A program made the translations under genes and the position numbers. From Eledone cirrhosa (taxonomy: Eukaryota): a stretch of DNA of 64,000 bases. Of the stretch, positions 63,938 to 64,000 are shown one piece after another. Location of the stretch: assembly GCA_964016885.1 (NCBI GenBank), contig OZ024755.1:33666001-33730000 (forward strand), read 5' to 3'. Every line of letters starts with the position of its first letter. Positions within the stretch are counted from its first letter, which is position 1. A model generated the notes under the pieces. It searched no databases, was not told the DNA's origin, and worked only from the letters and a program-made list of their open reading frames with translations.

Positions 63938-64000
63938 TATAGCAATCGACTGTGATTACATATTTATGGATGTCATATGTAATCACAGTCGATTGCTATA
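63938..64000. repeat. Perfect hairpin with 26-bp arms, reaching the window edge
   Basis: tatagcaatcgactgtgattacatat-(11 nt)-atatgtaatcacagtcgattgctata. Confidence 0.92.

Overview
AT-rich eukaryotic, repeat-dense, essentially non-genic DNA. The SINE/LINE repertoire and the (TA)n/(CA)n/(GAT)n load suggest a coleoid cephalopod (Octopus-like); this is inference, not a database result. No intact protein-coding gene is evident: nearly all ORF-track entries are microsatellite or minisatellite translations, or decayed retroelement pieces. Contents: three tRNA-headed SINE families; RTE, CR1, Tx1 and R4/Dong LINE remnants (one with a PHD finger inside the RT region); a Penelope-like (GIY-YIG) ORF remnant; a prolific ~210-bp TTAA/piggyBac-type MITE that forms multimers and satellites; two non-autonomous Helitrons; a hAT MITE; many minisatellites; and a few low-confidence exon candidates. 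Main result: seven largely unrelated short non-coding inserts, mostly in or beside (TA)n tracts, each fold by eye into a type I hammerhead ribozyme (CUGANGA...GAAA...NUH with paired stem I). Five share an 8-nt self-complementary stem III followed by an NUA site. Several lie in long fold-back palindromes, and two of these carry a complete ribozyme on both strands. This points to a diverse set of ribozyme-bearing, microsatellite-associated, Penelope-derived or retrozyme-like elements. All structures were read manually and need computational and biochemical confirmation.
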